Source: Rhodobacteraceae bacterium UBA1943 (lineage in GTDB: Bacteria; Pseudomonadota; Alphaproteobacteria; Rhodobacterales; Rhodobacteraceae). From it: a DNA stretch of 64,000 nt. The stretch spans positions 2,474 to 66,473 of the forward strand of contig DDEX01000035.1 in the NCBI GenBank assembly GCA_002336845.1, written 5' to 3'. A program made the position numbers and the translations under genes. Shown in pieces: positions 63,218 to 64,000 of this stretch. The notes under the pieces were generated by a model. The model was not told the origin of the DNA. It did no database searches and saw nothing but the letters and a program-made list of their open reading frames with translations. The stretch's first letter is position 1. Each line of letters opens with the position of its first letter.

Positions 63218-64000
63218 ATGGCCGGTTCTACGCACATTGCAGCGCAAAGGGGCGAGCGTATCCTTAGCCTGCGTGGTGTTTCCAAGAAATTCGGTGCGGT
63301 GTCTGCGCTGACCGAGATCGATCTTGATGTTCATGCAGGCGAAGTGGTTGCTTTGGTCGGCGACAATGGCGCGGGCAAGTCCACCCTGGTCAAGGTTCTG
63401 GCCGGGGTGCATCAACCCACCAGCGGCACGGTCGAGTTCATGGGGCGCCAGGTCACGATGGACAGCCCCGCAGCGGCGCTGAACATGGGCATTGCAACCG
63501 TGTTTCAGGATCTGGCGCTGTGCGAAAACCTGGATGTCGTGGCCAACCTCTTTCTGGGGCATGAGCTGTCGCCCTGGCGGCTGGACGAAGTTCAGATGGA
63601 GGTTCGCGCCTGGACCCTGCTGAAAGAGCTGGCGGCGCGCATTCCCTCGGTTCGTGAGCCGATTGCCTCGCTGTCGGGCGGGCAGCGACAGACCGTAGCG
63701 ATCGCCCGTTCGCTGCTGCTGGACCCCAAGATCATCATGCTGGATGAACCCACCGCCGCGCTGGGTGTGGCGCAAACCGCCGAAGTGCTGAACCTGATCG
63801 AGCGGGTGCGCGACCGGGGTCTTGGCGTCATCATCATCAGCCACAACATGGAGGATGTGCGCGCCGTGGCCGACCGGATCGTGGTGCTGCGCCTTGGCCG
63901 CAACAACGGTGTCTTTACCCCCGAAACCTCGAACCAGGAACTGGTCGCCGCCATCACCGGCGCGACCGAAAACGCTGTCTCGCGCCGCAATGAACGTCGC
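63218..64000 (+). CDS. Sugar ABC transporter ATP-binding protein (3' end outside window)
   Basis: My own translation from ATG 63218 is open to the window end. Walker A GDNGAGKST, signature LSGGQRQ, Walker B IIMLDEPT. Absent from the ORF track because it has no stop in the window. Confidence 0.85.
   Translation, partial: MAGSTHIAAQRGERILSLRGVSKKFGAVSALTEIDLDVHAGEVVALVGDNGAGKSTLVKVLAGVHQPTSGTVEFMGRQVTMDSPAAALNMGIATVFQDLALCENLDVVANLFLGHELSPWRLDEVQMEVRAWTLLKELAARIPSVREPIASLSGGQRQTVAIARSLLLDPKIIMLDEPTAALGVAQTAEVLNLIERVRDRGLGVIIISHNMEDVRAVADRIVVLRLGRNNGVFTPETSNQELVAAITGATENAVSRRNERR

Overview
High-GC (roughly 64-65%) and densely coding. It looks like an alphaproteobacterial (Rhodobacterales-type) chromosome or megaplasmid segment; that assignment is inference from composition and gene content. 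I saw no rRNA, tRNA, CRISPR, IS element or integrase. All functional calls rest on motifs I recognise in the supplied translations; no similarity search was run.

Layout:
- (1) 1-10.2 kb: 3' end of a class III alcohol dehydrogenase, then an RpiR-flanked peptide-uptake locus (family-5 binding protein, two permeases, two ATPases, M81/MlrC-like peptidase). Divergent from it is a translationally coupled enolase-superfamily racemase/epimerase plus GNAT-like acyltransferase pair.
- (2) 10.5-31.8 kb: a ~21 kb orphan catabolic island. It holds a sugar/polyol-type ABC importer, Zn-ADH, ALDH, GMC oxidoreductase, two aldo/keto reductases, CoA-transferase, enoyl-CoA hydratase, acyl-CoA dehydrogenase, MaoC hydratase, SDR, DUF993, TIM-barrel isomerase, glycerate kinase and a Dabb protein. 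Its transcription units all carry one conserved palindrome (GTAAC-N6-GTTAC with TTAA flanks, six copies). The likely binding protein is the island's own TetR regulator.
- (3) 32.6-43.5 kb, the most unusual locus: a ~2,440-aa secreted protein built from ~17 DUF11-type repeats. It is translationally coupled to a 1,205-aa protein that ends in a large outer-membrane beta-barrel. ~750 bp of lower-GC non-coding DNA lies on each side, and no known secretion machinery is adjacent.
- (4) 44.3-64 kb: a LacI-controlled ABC + Gfo/Idh/MocA + TIM-barrel sugar operon; a small redox cluster with a LysR regulator; a 2OG-oxygenase/LysE pair; a GAF histidine kinase; a TetR-controlled two-subunit molybdo-hydroxylase; and the start of a xylF-type ABC operon with its LacI regulator.

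Many long ORFs in the track are antisense or out-of-frame shadows typical of high-GC DNA and are rejected below.
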